Source: a candidate division WOR-3 bacterium (GTDB lineage: Bacteria; Hydrothermota; 32-111). Taken from it: a DNA stretch of 64,000 bases. The notes beneath the pieces were generated by a model that worked only from the letters and a program-made list of their open reading frames with translations, did no database searches and was not told the origin of the DNA. The number at the start of each line of letters is the position of its first letter. Position 1 is the stretch's first letter. Made by a program: the position numbers and the translations under genes. Location of the stretch: the NCBI GenBank assembly GCA_039804105.1, contig JBDRZU010000001.1:1184001-1248000 (forward strand), written 5' to 3'. This document shows, in pieces, positions 10,667-20,437 of this stretch.

Positions 10667-11776
10667 CTATTTTAACCTTAATGGCATTATTATATAGAAA
10701 GATTCTTCTCCTATTTTACTTTCCTCATTTTCTATCAAAACAGCAAACATTTCTCCTTTCATTTTAAATTTCACATTTTCACTTTCAACTCTTTTCAAAA
10801 TTTCTATCAGATAGTTGATATTAAAGCCTATATTGATCACTTCTTCATCATTATACTTAACTTCCAACTCTTCTTTTCCTTCACCCTGTTGATTCTGGTA
10901 TGCTAAAATGACCAACCTATTTTTCGAAATTTCAAATTTCACAAGTTTTGTATTAACATTCACAAAAACATTTACAGCATTTAAAGCTGTTAGAAGTTCA
11001 TTTTTATTAACGATCATGATTTTGTTGTTGTCGTAAGGAATTACCCTTTTGTAATCAGGATATGTGCCGTCTATCAATTTTGCCCACATTTCGATCTTAC
11101 CTATCTTAAACATTATCTTTTTATCATCAAACCCCATATATAACTGTTCTTTATCATCTAAAAGATCTCTGATTATTTGCAAGACTTTAGGTGGAACGAT
11201 AATATTTCCCGAAACATTGTCTTCAAAAAATTCACCTATAGTATTCAATGCTAATCTATGACTATCAGTTGCTACCATAGTTAAAGATTTTTTGTTCATC
11301 TCAAAAAGAACACCTGTAATTGCAACCTTTACAGTATCCTTTGATGTTGCAAAAATAGTGTTATCTATAGCAGATTTTAAAGGAAGAGAATCAACGGGAA
11401 ACAATCTTTCTTTTTCTATTCGTATGATTTCAACATATTCTTCCTTTTTTAAAGTTGGAATTCTATATTCTCCTGTTTTTGTCTTAATAGTGACATTATC
11501 GTTTTGATAGTTAAAATTGATTTCTCCATCAGGTAACCTTCTAATAAGATCTACCAATGTTTTTGCATTCAAAACAAAAATTCCTTCTCCAGATGAAGAA
11601 CATTCAACTTCAGAAAATAAAGATATTTCAAAATCTGTAGAGAATAACATGAGTTTATCTTTTTTAACATCTATCATTATATTTGAAATTATTGTCAGAA
11701 CAGGTTTGACAGGAACAATGGAAGACACGATTTCAAGATTTTTTAAAAATTCATTTCTATCAACTTTAAATTTCAT
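10667..11776 (-). CDS. dnaN: DNA polymerase III beta sliding clamp
   Basis: ATDSHRLA, YPDYKRVIP, IGFNINYL, IMPLRL; follows dnaA. Confidence 0.96.
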   Translation of the reverse strand: MKFKVDRNEFLKNLEIVSSIVPVKPVLTIISNIMIDVKKDKLMLFSTDFEISLFSEVECSSSGEGIFVLNAKTLVDLIRRLPDGEINFNYQNDNVTIKTKTGEYRIPTLKKEEYVEIIRIEKERLFPVDSLPLKSAIDNTIFATSKDTVKVAITGVLFEMNKKSLTMVATDSHRLALNTIGEFFEDNVSGNIIVPPKVLQIIRDLLDDKEQLYMGFDDKKIMFKIGKIEMWAKLIDGTYPDYKRVIPYDNNKIMIVNKNELLTALNAVNVFVNVNTKLVKFEISKNRLVILAYQNQQGEGKEELEVKYNDEEVINIGFNINYLIEILKRVESENVKFKMKGEMFAVLIENEESKIGEESFYIIMPLRLK

Positions 11777-11968
11777 TCATCCTCCTGATTTAGATAATTT
11801 TCTTATACTAACACTATTATCAAGGACAACCAATATTGTTGATAACATTTTTAAATTATACAAAAAAAATAAGTTAAAATCAACATTTTTGTTTATATCT
11901 TGTTGAAATTTTTTTCACACTCTTAAAAAAATGTTTATATAAAAAAAATGTTGATAAGTTATCCACAA
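11777..11968. other. Probable oriC (dnaA-dnaN intergenic)
   Basis: Consensus DnaA box TTATCCACA at 11959-11967; near-consensus TGTTGATAA at 11949 and 11837; AT-rich; possible DnaA-trio run near 11805-11822; predominant gene orientation flips around this region. Confidence 0.8.
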
Positions 11969-13312
11969 TTAATCAATATTTAATAAACTGATTATACTAT
12001 CAATATCTTCTTTAATTTTAGAATCCTTTTTTTCAAGTTCAGATTCTATTTTTTTTATTGCGTGGATGATTGTAGAATGATCTTTTTTTCCTAATTCGTA
12101 AGCGGTCTCTTTTAAAGATAGATTACCATATTTTTTTAATATATATGCAGCGACCTGACGAGGAATGACAAGAGAAGATGTTCTTCTTTTTCCTGCAAGT
12201 TGTGATTCAGAAATTTTATAGTAGTCAGCAACAATTTTCTTTATCTCTTTTGGACTGAATTTTTTATTAAATGAAACGAACTGGTTTTCTGGTTTTACCA
12301 GATTAGAAACTACAAGTTTTGCAAGATTAATATCTATTTTAGATTTATTCAATGATGCTCTCGCAAGAATTCCCAAAATTGCGCTGTTGAGTTCTCTAAC
12401 TGAATGTTTTATATTTAAAGCTATGTAATTTAAAATTTCATCTGGTATTTCTATTTCATCTTTTTCCAATTTTCTTCTCAATATTGCAAGACGTGTTTCA
12501 AAATCTGGTGGTTGGATATCTACTACAAGGCCGGATTGAAATCTTGTTACCAACCTTTGTTCTAGGTTGGGTATTTCGTGTGGAGGTCTATCAGATGTTA
12601 AAACTATCTGGTTGTTTGATTCATACAAAGCGTTAAAAGTATGGAAAATCTCCTCTTGAGTCCCTTCCCTTTTGTTGAGAAATTGCACATCATCGATTAA
12701 AAGAACATCTGCATCCCTGTATTTATTTCTGAATTCAAGTACCTTTTTTTCTTGTATAGCAAAAATATATTCATTCAAAAACCTTTCTGTGGAAAGATAA
12801 CATACCCTTTTTTTAAAATCATTTTTTTTAATATAGTTTCCGATCGCATTTAAAAGATGTGTTTTTCCAAGACCGCTTTTACCATAAATAAAGAGGGGAT
12901 TGTATTGGTTTCCTGGATTTTTTGCAACAGAAAGAGATGCTGTATAGGAAAGTTCGTTCGATTTTCCCACAACGAATTCTTCGAATGTGTATCTTGGGTT
13001 TAAAGATGAATTATCATATGTATCAATATTCTCAATTTTGAAAGGATTCAACTCTTTAGGAATAGTTTCGACTCGTTTTTCAGGGATCAACATTATCTGG
13101 AGATCCTTTCCAAAAAGGTTTCTTGTGACCTCAACTATATCATAGAAAAATTTATCCTCTATATAATCTCTTGCAACATCTGTTGGGACTGAAAAAGTCA
13201 CAGATTTTTCATCAAGTTTTATGATTTTTATGTTTGAAATCCAGAGTTCATAGTCCTGAGGAGAAACTTTTTCAGCAATCAGTTTGTGAAAATTTTCATT
13301 AATACTCTTCAT
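11969..13312 (-). CDS. dnaA: Chromosomal replication initiator DnaA
   Basis: YNPLFIYGKSGLGKTHL, LLIDDVQF, DRPP, KDHSTIIHA. Confidence 0.98.
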   Translation of the reverse strand: MKSINENFHKLIAEKVSPQDYELWISNIKIIKLDEKSVTFSVPTDVARDYIEDKFFYDIVEVTRNLFGKDLQIMLIPEKRVETIPKELNPFKIENIDTYDNSSLNPRYTFEEFVVGKSNELSYTASLSVAKNPGNQYNPLFIYGKSGLGKTHLLNAIGNYIKKNDFKKRVCYLSTERFLNEYIFAIQEKKVLEFRNKYRDADVLLIDDVQFLNKREGTQEEIFHTFNALYESNNQIVLTSDRPPHEIPNLEQRLVTRFQSGLVVDIQPPDFETRLAILRRKLEKDEIEIPDEILNYIALNIKHSVRELNSAILGILARASLNKSKIDINLAKLVVSNLVKPENQFVSFNKKFSPKEIKKIVADYYKISESQLAGKRRTSSLVIPRQVAAYILKKYGNLSLKETAYELGKKDHSTIIHAIKKIESELEKKDSKIKEDIDSIISLLNID

Positions 13313-13395
13313 ATTCCAATTCTTGGATTTTTTAAGAATTTATTGTATACTTTTATAAATCGATGTCAAGAAAATTTTATGAGGAGGAACAGATT

Positions 13396-13908
13396 ATGGA
13401 AAGATTGATAAATTTTTTAAGAACAAGGAGAAGTATCAGAGAATATAAGGACAAAAAGATTCCAAAAGAGATCATTATCGAAATTTTAAAAACAGCGATG
13501 TATTCTCCATCTGCTCATGACAAACAGCCATGGGAGTTTTTTGTTGTGGATGAAAGAGAAATTTTAAATGAAATTTCTAACAATCATCCTTATGCTAAAA
13601 TGCTAAAAAAATCTCCCACTGCAATTGTTGTTCTCGCTGATACAAAAAAACAACCAGATAAAGGATATTTTTCCCAGGATTGTTCTGCTGCTACAATGAA
13701 TATTCTCCTTTCTGCATGGGCTTATGGTATAGGTAGTTGCTGGATCGGAGTGTTTCCAAAAGAAGAACGGATCGAGTTGATGAAAAAGATTTTAAAAATT
13801 CCCGAAAGGTATGTTCCTTTTTCTATAGTTTCTCTCGGTTATCCGGTAAAGCCACCAGAAGAGATTGAAAGGTTTGATGAAAAAAGAATACATATCAATG
13901 TTTGGTGA
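13396..13908 (+). CDS. Nitroreductase family protein
   Basis: RRSIREY, SPSAHDKQPW, GIGSCWIG; start moved to ATG 13396 after GAGGAGG. Confidence 0.88.
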   Translation: MERLINFLRTRRSIREYKDKKIPKEIIIEILKTAMYSPSAHDKQPWEFFVVDEREILNEISNNHPYAKMLKKSPTAIVVLADTKKQPDKGYFSQDCSAATMNILLSAWAYGIGSCWIGVFPKEERIELMKKILKIPERYVPFSIVSLGYPVKPPEEIERFDEKRIHINVW

Positions 13909-13952
13909 TATTTTATTGACTTAAAGGATTTCAGATAATATAATAAAAATCT

Positions 13953-14984
13953 ATGTTTTTATATTTTTTTGTTTTTTTGTTTTCTTTTATTATCTCTCTT
14001 ATTTTGACAAATGGCATTAAAAGGTTTTCTTTGAATTATGGTTTTCATGATGTTCCAGATAATGAAAGAAAAATACATGTTGAAAAGATTCCAACACTTG
14101 GTGGACTTGCTTTTTTTGCAAGTGTTTGGGGAACTTTTATCCTTTTGGATGCAACAGGAATTACCCCTCTTGAAAAGATTGTTCTTAGGATGATTTCTAT
14201 ATCTTTATTTTTTATTTTTGTTGGAATACTTGATGATATAAAAGGTGTTTCAGCAAAGTTAAAACTTTTTATACAGGTTTTTGCTGGATCTTTGTTCTTT
14301 TTGTGGAACAAAAACGATCTTGCAATAATATACGGAAATCTGTTGTTGACAAATACGGTTCTGACTTTTGTTTCAGCATTCTTTTTTGCATTGCTTACGA
14401 ACAGTATAAATTTTGTGGATGGACTTGATGGACTTTGTGCAGGTGTATCAATAATTTTATCTATTCCGCTTTTGATCTTTTCAATCGTGATCGGGAAAAC
14501 CTATATCTCTTATATAATCCTTTCATGTATTGGAGCATTATTTGCCTTTCTTTTTTTTAATTTTTATCCTGCAAAAATTTTTATGGGTGATACTGGAAGT
14601 CTATTTCTCGGATCACTTTTTTCAATGATTGTAATGCTTTTAATGTATCATATTCCAGAGAACTGGACTCCATTCATAATACTTTTTACCTACCCATTTT
14701 TGGATCTTTTTCTTTCAGTTATAAGAAGATTTTTTGGTAAAAGAAACATTTTTGCACCGGATAGATTACATATACATCATATCATAAAAGGAGATGATGG
14801 AAACCATACTAAAAGTGTAATCGTAATTTATTCCATAAACCTATTTTTTGCAATTTTATCTGTATTACTCTTTTTCTTAAAGTTGAAAAGTTTGTACATT
14901 TTGTATTTTGTTTCAATCATCGTCGTTTCCTATTATTTTTTAAAACGAATGTTGAAAAGAATGAAAGAAAAAAGTGTGGAGTAA
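13953..14984 (+). CDS. WecA/TagO-like undecaprenyl-P GlcNAc-1-P transferase (MraY family)
   Basis: PTLGGL, GILDD, NFVDGLDG, FMGDTGS, DRLHIHH. Confidence 0.9.
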   Translation: MFLYFFVFLFSFIISLILTNGIKRFSLNYGFHDVPDNERKIHVEKIPTLGGLAFFASVWGTFILLDATGITPLEKIVLRMISISLFFIFVGILDDIKGVSAKLKLFIQVFAGSLFFLWNKNDLAIIYGNLLLTNTVLTFVSAFFFALLTNSINFVDGLDGLCAGVSIILSIPLLIFSIVIGKTYISYIILSCIGALFAFLFFNFYPAKIFMGDTGSLFLGSLFSMIVMLLMYHIPENWTPFIILFTYPFLDLFLSVIRRFFGKRNIFAPDRLHIHHIIKGDDGNHTKSVIVIYSINLFFAILSVLLFFLKLKSLYILYFVSIIVVSYYFLKRMLKRMKEKSVE

Positions 14985-14987
14985 AAT

Positions 14988-16370
14988 TTGTTTTATAAGA
15001 AAAATCTTGGTTCAGAAAGAATCTATAAAATTTTGTTCGATCTTATAGTAACAATTATAGCTTTCTGGATCTCTTTTTATTTGAGAAGTTTGATCATCTG
15101 GAAGGGAGAAGAGTTTCATTATAACACACAATATTACAATATTCTTTTTGCATTTGTGGTTTTTGTCTGGTTTTTCCTGTTTTCAAAATCAAACGAAGAA
15201 GAGATTTTCAAAGATATCTATTTTAGATATGAGTTTTTTGAAATCATTGTAAACATTTTTTACGGAACACTTCTTACTTTTGCTTTCATCTTTTTGATAA
15301 AAGGTTTTATAATCTCAAGGGTCTTTATAGTTATCTTTATTTTTTTGAATACAGTTTTACTTATAATTGAAAGAAGGATTTTTTACAACCTTAGATTAAA
15401 AAATATAAGAAAAGGAAAAAATCTTTTCAAGGTTGTTATTATAGGAGATGGTAAATATTATGAAAAAATGAAAGATTTGATAGAAAAAAATATTGATTGG
15501 GGTATTAAGATTGTGGAATCATTCAAACTAGAAGATTTAAAAAAAGATATAATCAAAGAATTAAAAAATATTCATATCGATGGAATTTTGATTTCAACTG
15601 AAAAAAATAGAATAGAAAATTATAATGAAGAACTAACCAATATCGTAGAAAGTGGAATAAAGGTCTTTTTAAATCTTGATCCATTTTTTAACCTTGGGAA
15701 ATTTTTTATTTATCTTGAAAAATATAAAGATTTCAAATTCATTGAGATGACAACAATAAAAAATGAGATCAGTAAAAAATTACAGTTAAAATATTTTTTA
15801 GACAAAGTTTTTGCGATTCTCTTTTTAATAATTTTATCTCCACTGTTTTTGATAGTTTCAATTCTTATATTCATGTTGAATGGAAGACCTATCTTTTTTG
15901 TTCAGGAAAGAGTTGGAATGAATGGAGAGATTTTCAAAATGATAAAATTCAGAACGATGGAAAAAGATGCAGAGGAAAAAAAGATACTACTTATACAGAA
16001 AAATCAGATGAATGGCCCTGTTTTTAAAATCGAAAATGATCCAAGGATTACAACTTTTGGAAAATTTTTAAGAAAATACAGTATCGATGAACTCCCTCAA
16101 CTGATAAACATTCTGAAGGGGGAAATGAGTTTTGTGGGTCCAAGACCTCCACTTCCATCAGAAGTTAAAGAATATGATTTCTGGCATAGAAGAAGATTAT
16201 CTTTTAAACCAGGTTTAACATGTTTATGGCAGATTTCCGGAAGGAACAATGTAGATTTTACAGAATGGATGAAAAAAGATCTTGAGTATATCGACAACTG
16301 GTCTTTACTTTACGATTTTATAATAATAATAAGGACAATACCAGAGGTTTTAAAAGGAAATGGTTGGTAA
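14988..16370 (+). CDS. Polyprenyl glycosylphosphotransferase (WcaJ/WbaP-like)
   Basis: KFRTM, DPRIT, SIDELPQL, MSFVGPRP, KPGLT. Confidence 0.92.
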   Translation: MFYKKNLGSERIYKILFDLIVTIIAFWISFYLRSLIIWKGEEFHYNTQYYNILFAFVVFVWFFLFSKSNEEEIFKDIYFRYEFFEIIVNIFYGTLLTFAFIFLIKGFIISRVFIVIFIFLNTVLLIIERRIFYNLRLKNIRKGKNLFKVVIIGDGKYYEKMKDLIEKNIDWGIKIVESFKLEDLKKDIIKELKNIHIDGILISTEKNRIENYNEELTNIVESGIKVFLNLDPFFNLGKFFIYLEKYKDFKFIEMTTIKNEISKKLQLKYFLDKVFAILFLIILSPLFLIVSILIFMLNGRPIFFVQERVGMNGEIFKMIKFRTMEKDAEEKKILLIQKNQMNGPVFKIENDPRITTFGKFLRKYSIDELPQLINILKGEMSFVGPRPPLPSEVKEYDFWHRRRLSFKPGLTCLWQISGRNNVDFTEWMKKDLEYIDNWSLLYDFIIIIRTIPEVLKGNGW

Positions 16371-17826
16371 AAAATTTTTTTTGTTTTTATGTTTAAGTTG
16401 TTCCTTTTTATTTATCTTTAATTTTGAGTTGATATTCGATAATGAATATGAAAGTAGAATAATTGAAGAATTGTACCAGAGAAAAATCATAAGTGTTGAA
16501 GCGAGAACATATCCAATTAGAACAGAAAACCTGTTAAGAGAACTGAAAGAATCGAGAAAAAGAAAAAATCTTTCAAAAGAGGAAATCTTTTTGATCGAAA
16601 AATTGATTTCAAGATTTGAGAAGAAAAAAGAAATTTTTAAATACCATTTTGATTTCAACAACATATTTGATACAAAAAATTTTTCAGATTCAAGTGTAAT
16701 AAAAGATTCTGTTATAACTTATAACAATCTCTTGATAAAAAATAGTAAAAGCAATCTATTTTATCATATATCTTTTGACCTCTTCTTTCCTTTTGTTGAA
16801 AGGGACTCTTTTTATTATAGGATGAAAGATTGGAAAAAAACGGGCTCAGATTTTAACAATACTTTTTTTGGTGTCTATTCAAGAGATTATTTTTTAATCT
16901 TTGGAAGGATAAAGCCATCATGGGGTGGTGGCTTTTATGACAATATCTATTTTTCAAAAAACCTTCTACCACTGGATGGAATACTTTTAGAGTACGATTT
17001 TAAAAAAATGAAATTTTTTTATTTCACAGCATATATGACACCTTATTACTTGAAAGATAAAAAAAGAACTGATAATACATATATGTCAACACATAGATTG
17101 CAATTCTTTCCCAATAGAAATATAAATTTTTCCTTTAAAGAGATGATCATATATCAATCAAATCTTCCACAACCACCATATTTGAATCCTTTGATTTTTT
17201 ATTACATCATCCAGAACAATTCTTTTTCTGATGATAACATAATATGGAGTTTTGATCTTTCTTTTGAAAATCTTTATGGATTTAAAATCTACAATGAACT
17301 TTTTATAGATGATTATCAGTATGATCCAGAATTTATCTATGTTCCAAACAAACTCGGATATCTTTTTTCTACCACTTATTCTCGAAGCAAATTTGTTACC
17401 GGTATAGAATATTGTAGAATCAACACATATACTGGAACACATGAGTTTGATAGATTGAACTATTCGTATTACAGAAGACCGATATCATACTTTTTTGGAA
17501 CTGATGGGGATTTTTTTATTTTTAAATTTGATTACAGGATAAATGAAATAATGAAATGGGGTTACAATCTTTCTCTTTTAAGAAAAGGTTCAAGGGATCT
17601 TTTTGATTCTTGGGAAGAGGAAATGCCTCTAACTCAACCACCTTTTCCATCAGGTAAAGTTGAAATGACTTTTCAAAATGGAATAAGTTTTTATGGAGAA
17701 TTTTTTAAAGAAAAAATGTTTTTGAATTTTGATATAAGTCATCTTTATATAAAAAATTATAAAAACATTCTTGATGTTAACATGAACAGTTTTGAGATCA
17801 AATTTAAACTCGGAGCAAATCTATGA
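16360..17826 (+). CDS. Capsule assembly Wzi-like outer membrane protein
   Basis: Signal peptide, HRLQF/YLNP/YNELFIDD pattern, aromatic-rich strands, polysaccharide context. Confidence 0.6.
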   Translation: MVGKKFFLFLCLSCSFLFIFNFELIFDNEYESRIIEELYQRKIISVEARTYPIRTENLLRELKESRKRKNLSKEEIFLIEKLISRFEKKKEIFKYHFDFNNIFDTKNFSDSSVIKDSVITYNNLLIKNSKSNLFYHISFDLFFPFVERDSFYYRMKDWKKTGSDFNNTFFGVYSRDYFLIFGRIKPSWGGGFYDNIYFSKNLLPLDGILLEYDFKKMKFFYFTAYMTPYYLKDKKRTDNTYMSTHRLQFFPNRNINFSFKEMIIYQSNLPQPPYLNPLIFYYIIQNNSFSDDNIIWSFDLSFENLYGFKIYNELFIDDYQYDPEFIYVPNKLGYLFSTTYSRSKFVTGIEYCRINTYTGTHEFDRLNYSYYRRPISYFFGTDGDFFIFKFDYRINEIMKWGYNLSLLRKGSRDLFDSWEEEMPLTQPPFPSGKVEMTFQNGISFYGEFFKEKMFLNFDISHLYIKNYKNILDVNMNSFEIKFKLGANL

Positions 17827-18752
17827 AAATCCTTGTTACAGGTGGAGCAGGTTTTATAGGGTCAAATCTTGTAGATAGCTTGGTTGAGAAGGGAGAAGAA
17901 GTTTTTATAGTTGATGATCTATCGAGTGGTGAAGAAATAAATATTAACAAAGAAGCAAAATTCTTTAAATGTGATATCTCCAACAAAGATGATCTAAAAA
18001 AAGTGTTTAAAGAAACTCGACCGGAAATTGTTTTTCATCTTGCAGCACAAATAGATGTGAGAATATCAACAGAGGAACCAGAAAGGGATGCAAAAATTAA
18101 CATTATTGGAACGATAAATATCCTTGATCTTATGAAAAATTTTAACACACGAAAAATAATTTTCTCTTCTTCAGGTGGTGCGATCTATGGAGAGGTTGAT
18201 AAACCTGCGACCGAGGAATATGAGAAAAATCCAGAATCTTGTTATGGAATCTCAAAATATGCTGGAGAGTTCTATATAAAATTTTTCAGTAAAAATTATG
18301 GTTTTGAATATACAATTTTAAGATACGGAAACGTTTATGGTGAAAGACAATCTGTAAAAGGTGAGGCAGGTGTTGTTGCTATATTTATAAACAAGATGTT
18401 GAATAATCAAGAATGCACACTTTATGGATATGGAAAAATGTATAGAGATTATGTTTATGTAAAGGATATAGTGAAATCAAATGTTCTATCTATAGAAAAT
18501 GGTAAAAATAAAATTTATAATGTTGGAACGGGAAAGAGTAAATCTGTTTTGGATGTTTTTGAATCGATTAAAAAACATTTTCCAGACTATAAATTTCAAC
18601 CAAGATTTGAGGAAAAGAGGAGGGGAGAGATAGTAAAAAGTATTTTAGATAATTCTTTGATTAAAAAGGATTATGGTATTAACTTTACAGATTTTGATGT
18701 TGGTATAGAAAATACTGTAAAATATTTTAAGGAGACATTAAAAAATGGATGA
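17823..18752 (+). CDS. NAD-dependent epimerase (GalE-like)
   Basis: GGAGFIG, SSGGAIYG, YGISK, RYGNVYG. Confidence 0.9.
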   Translation: MKILVTGGAGFIGSNLVDSLVEKGEEVFIVDDLSSGEEININKEAKFFKCDISNKDDLKKVFKETRPEIVFHLAAQIDVRISTEEPERDAKINIIGTINILDLMKNFNTRKIIFSSSGGAIYGEVDKPATEEYEKNPESCYGISKYAGEFYIKFFSKNYGFEYTILRYGNVYGERQSVKGEAGVVAIFINKMLNNQECTLYGYGKMYRDYVYVKDIVKSNVLSIENGKNKIYNVGTGKSKSVLDVFESIKKHFPDYKFQPRFEEKRRGEIVKSILDNSLIKKDYGINFTDFDVGIENTVKYFKETLKNG

Positions 18753-19344
18753 AAAAAAATATTTTGTTCATGAATCGTCTTATGTTGACGAAGGGGCTCA
18801 GATTGGAGAAGGAACAAAAATTTGGCACTTTTCCCATATAATGTCTGGAGCAAAAATTGGAAAAGATTGTACGATTGGTCAATCTGTTACAGTGGAAAAT
18901 AGAGCGATTGTCGGAAACAGGGTAAAGATACAGAACAATGTTTCAGTTTATGGAATGGTCGAAATCGAAGATGATGTTTTTCTTGGACCATCTATGGTTT
19001 TCACGAACGATCTTAATCCAAGAGCACCATACCCAAAACATGGAAACTGGATTCCTACTAAAGTTAAAAGGGGTGCATCAATCGGTGCAAATGCTACTAT
19101 AGTTTGTGGTGTTACAATAGGAAGATGGGCTTTTGTTGGAGCTGGAGCGGTTGTAACAAGAGATGTGCCTGACTATGCTATAGTTGTTGGAAATCCTGCA
19201 AAAATAATTGGCTATATGTGTGAATGTGGTTTTAAGATGAGAGGTGTTAAATATCCGATAGAAAAAGAAAGTGAATATGTTTGCTCAAACTGTGGAAAAA
19301 AATATGTAATAAAAAAAGAAGGAGTTTTTCTGAATGAAAGTTAA
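18745..19344 (+). CDS. Sugar N-acetyltransferase (WbpD-like hexapeptide repeat)
   Basis: KIWHFSH, KIQNNVSVY, FTNDLNPR, GANATIVCG; C-terminal Cys knuckle. Confidence 0.88.
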   Translation: MDEKKYFVHESSYVDEGAQIGEGTKIWHFSHIMSGAKIGKDCTIGQSVTVENRAIVGNRVKIQNNVSVYGMVEIEDDVFLGPSMVFTNDLNPRAPYPKHGNWIPTKVKRGASIGANATIVCGVTIGRWAFVGAGAVVTRDVPDYAIVVGNPAKIIGYMCECGFKMRGVKYPIEKESEYVCSNCGKKYVIKKEGVFLNES

Positions 19345-20437
19345 AATGCTTGATCTTACAAGGGAATACAAAAAATACAGAAAAGAATATATTGATGCTA
19401 TAAATATAATTTTTGACAAAGGAAATTTTATTCTTGGAGAAGAGGTCTCGCTTCTTGAAAAAAATGTTGCAGAATATATTGGTGTGAAATATGGTGTTGG
19501 TGTTGCAAATGGAACTGATGCCCTTTTACTTTCTTTAAAAGCAGCAGGAATAAAGGAAGATGATGAAATTATAACAACACCATTCACTTTTTTTGCTACA
19601 GTTGAAACAGTTCTTCAATTGAAAGCGACACCTGTTTTTGTTGATATAAATTATGATGATTTCACGATAGATGTTTCTCAGATCGAGAAAAAGATAACAA
19701 AAAAAACAAAAGCTATTTTACCTGTCCATATCTTTGGTCATCCTGCTGATATGGTGGAGATAGAGAAAATTGCAAAAAAATATGGACTTATGATCATTGA
19801 AGATTGTGCACAAGCAATAGGGTCAAAAATAGGTGAGAAAAAATGTGGAAGTTTTGGAATAGCAGGAACGATTAGTTTTTTTCCGACAAAAAATATTGGA
19901 TGTGCTGGTGATGGAGGACTTGTTGTGACCGATTCTGAAGATGTTTATAAAAAAATAAAAACATTAAGAGTTCATGGATCGAGTGAAAAATATATCCACG
20001 AAGAACTTGGATACAATTCAAGATTGGATACTTTACAGGCATCTTTACTTCTTTTGAAGATGAAAAGAATAGAAGATATAAATTATAGAAGGAGAGAAAT
20101 AGCAAAAAATTATAATCTAAAACTTACCGAAAAAATAAAAAAACCATTTGAAAAAAAGAGCTGTTATCACATATACCATCAATATTCAATCCTTGTTGAA
20201 AAAAGAGAGAATTTAAAAAAATATCTTAAAGAGAATGGTATAGATACAACAATATACTACCCTCTTCCCCTTCATAAACAAAAAGCGGTTTTGAATTTGA
20301 TAAAAAAAGAATATTCTCTTCCTGTTGCTGAAGATGTTTCAAACAAAATTATTTCTTTACCGATATATCCTGAACTTGAGGATCGGGAAGTTGAATATGT
20401 TATAGAAAAGATTAACCGTTTCTATGATAGATTATAA
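19334..20437 (+). CDS. DegT/DnrJ/EryC1/StrS aminotransferase (WbpE-like)
   Basis: NGTDAL, EDCAQA, SFFPTKNIG, GYNSRLD. Confidence 0.92.
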   Translation: MKVKMLDLTREYKKYRKEYIDAINIIFDKGNFILGEEVSLLEKNVAEYIGVKYGVGVANGTDALLLSLKAAGIKEDDEIITTPFTFFATVETVLQLKATPVFVDINYDDFTIDVSQIEKKITKKTKAILPVHIFGHPADMVEIEKIAKKYGLMIIEDCAQAIGSKIGEKKCGSFGIAGTISFFPTKNIGCAGDGGLVVTDSEDVYKKIKTLRVHGSSEKYIHEELGYNSRLDTLQASLLLLKMKRIEDINYRRREIAKNYNLKLTEKIKKPFEKKSCYHIYHQYSILVEKRENLKKYLKENGIDTTIYYPLPLHKQKAVLNLIKKEYSLPVAEDVSNKIISLPIYPELEDREVEYVIEKINRFYDRL

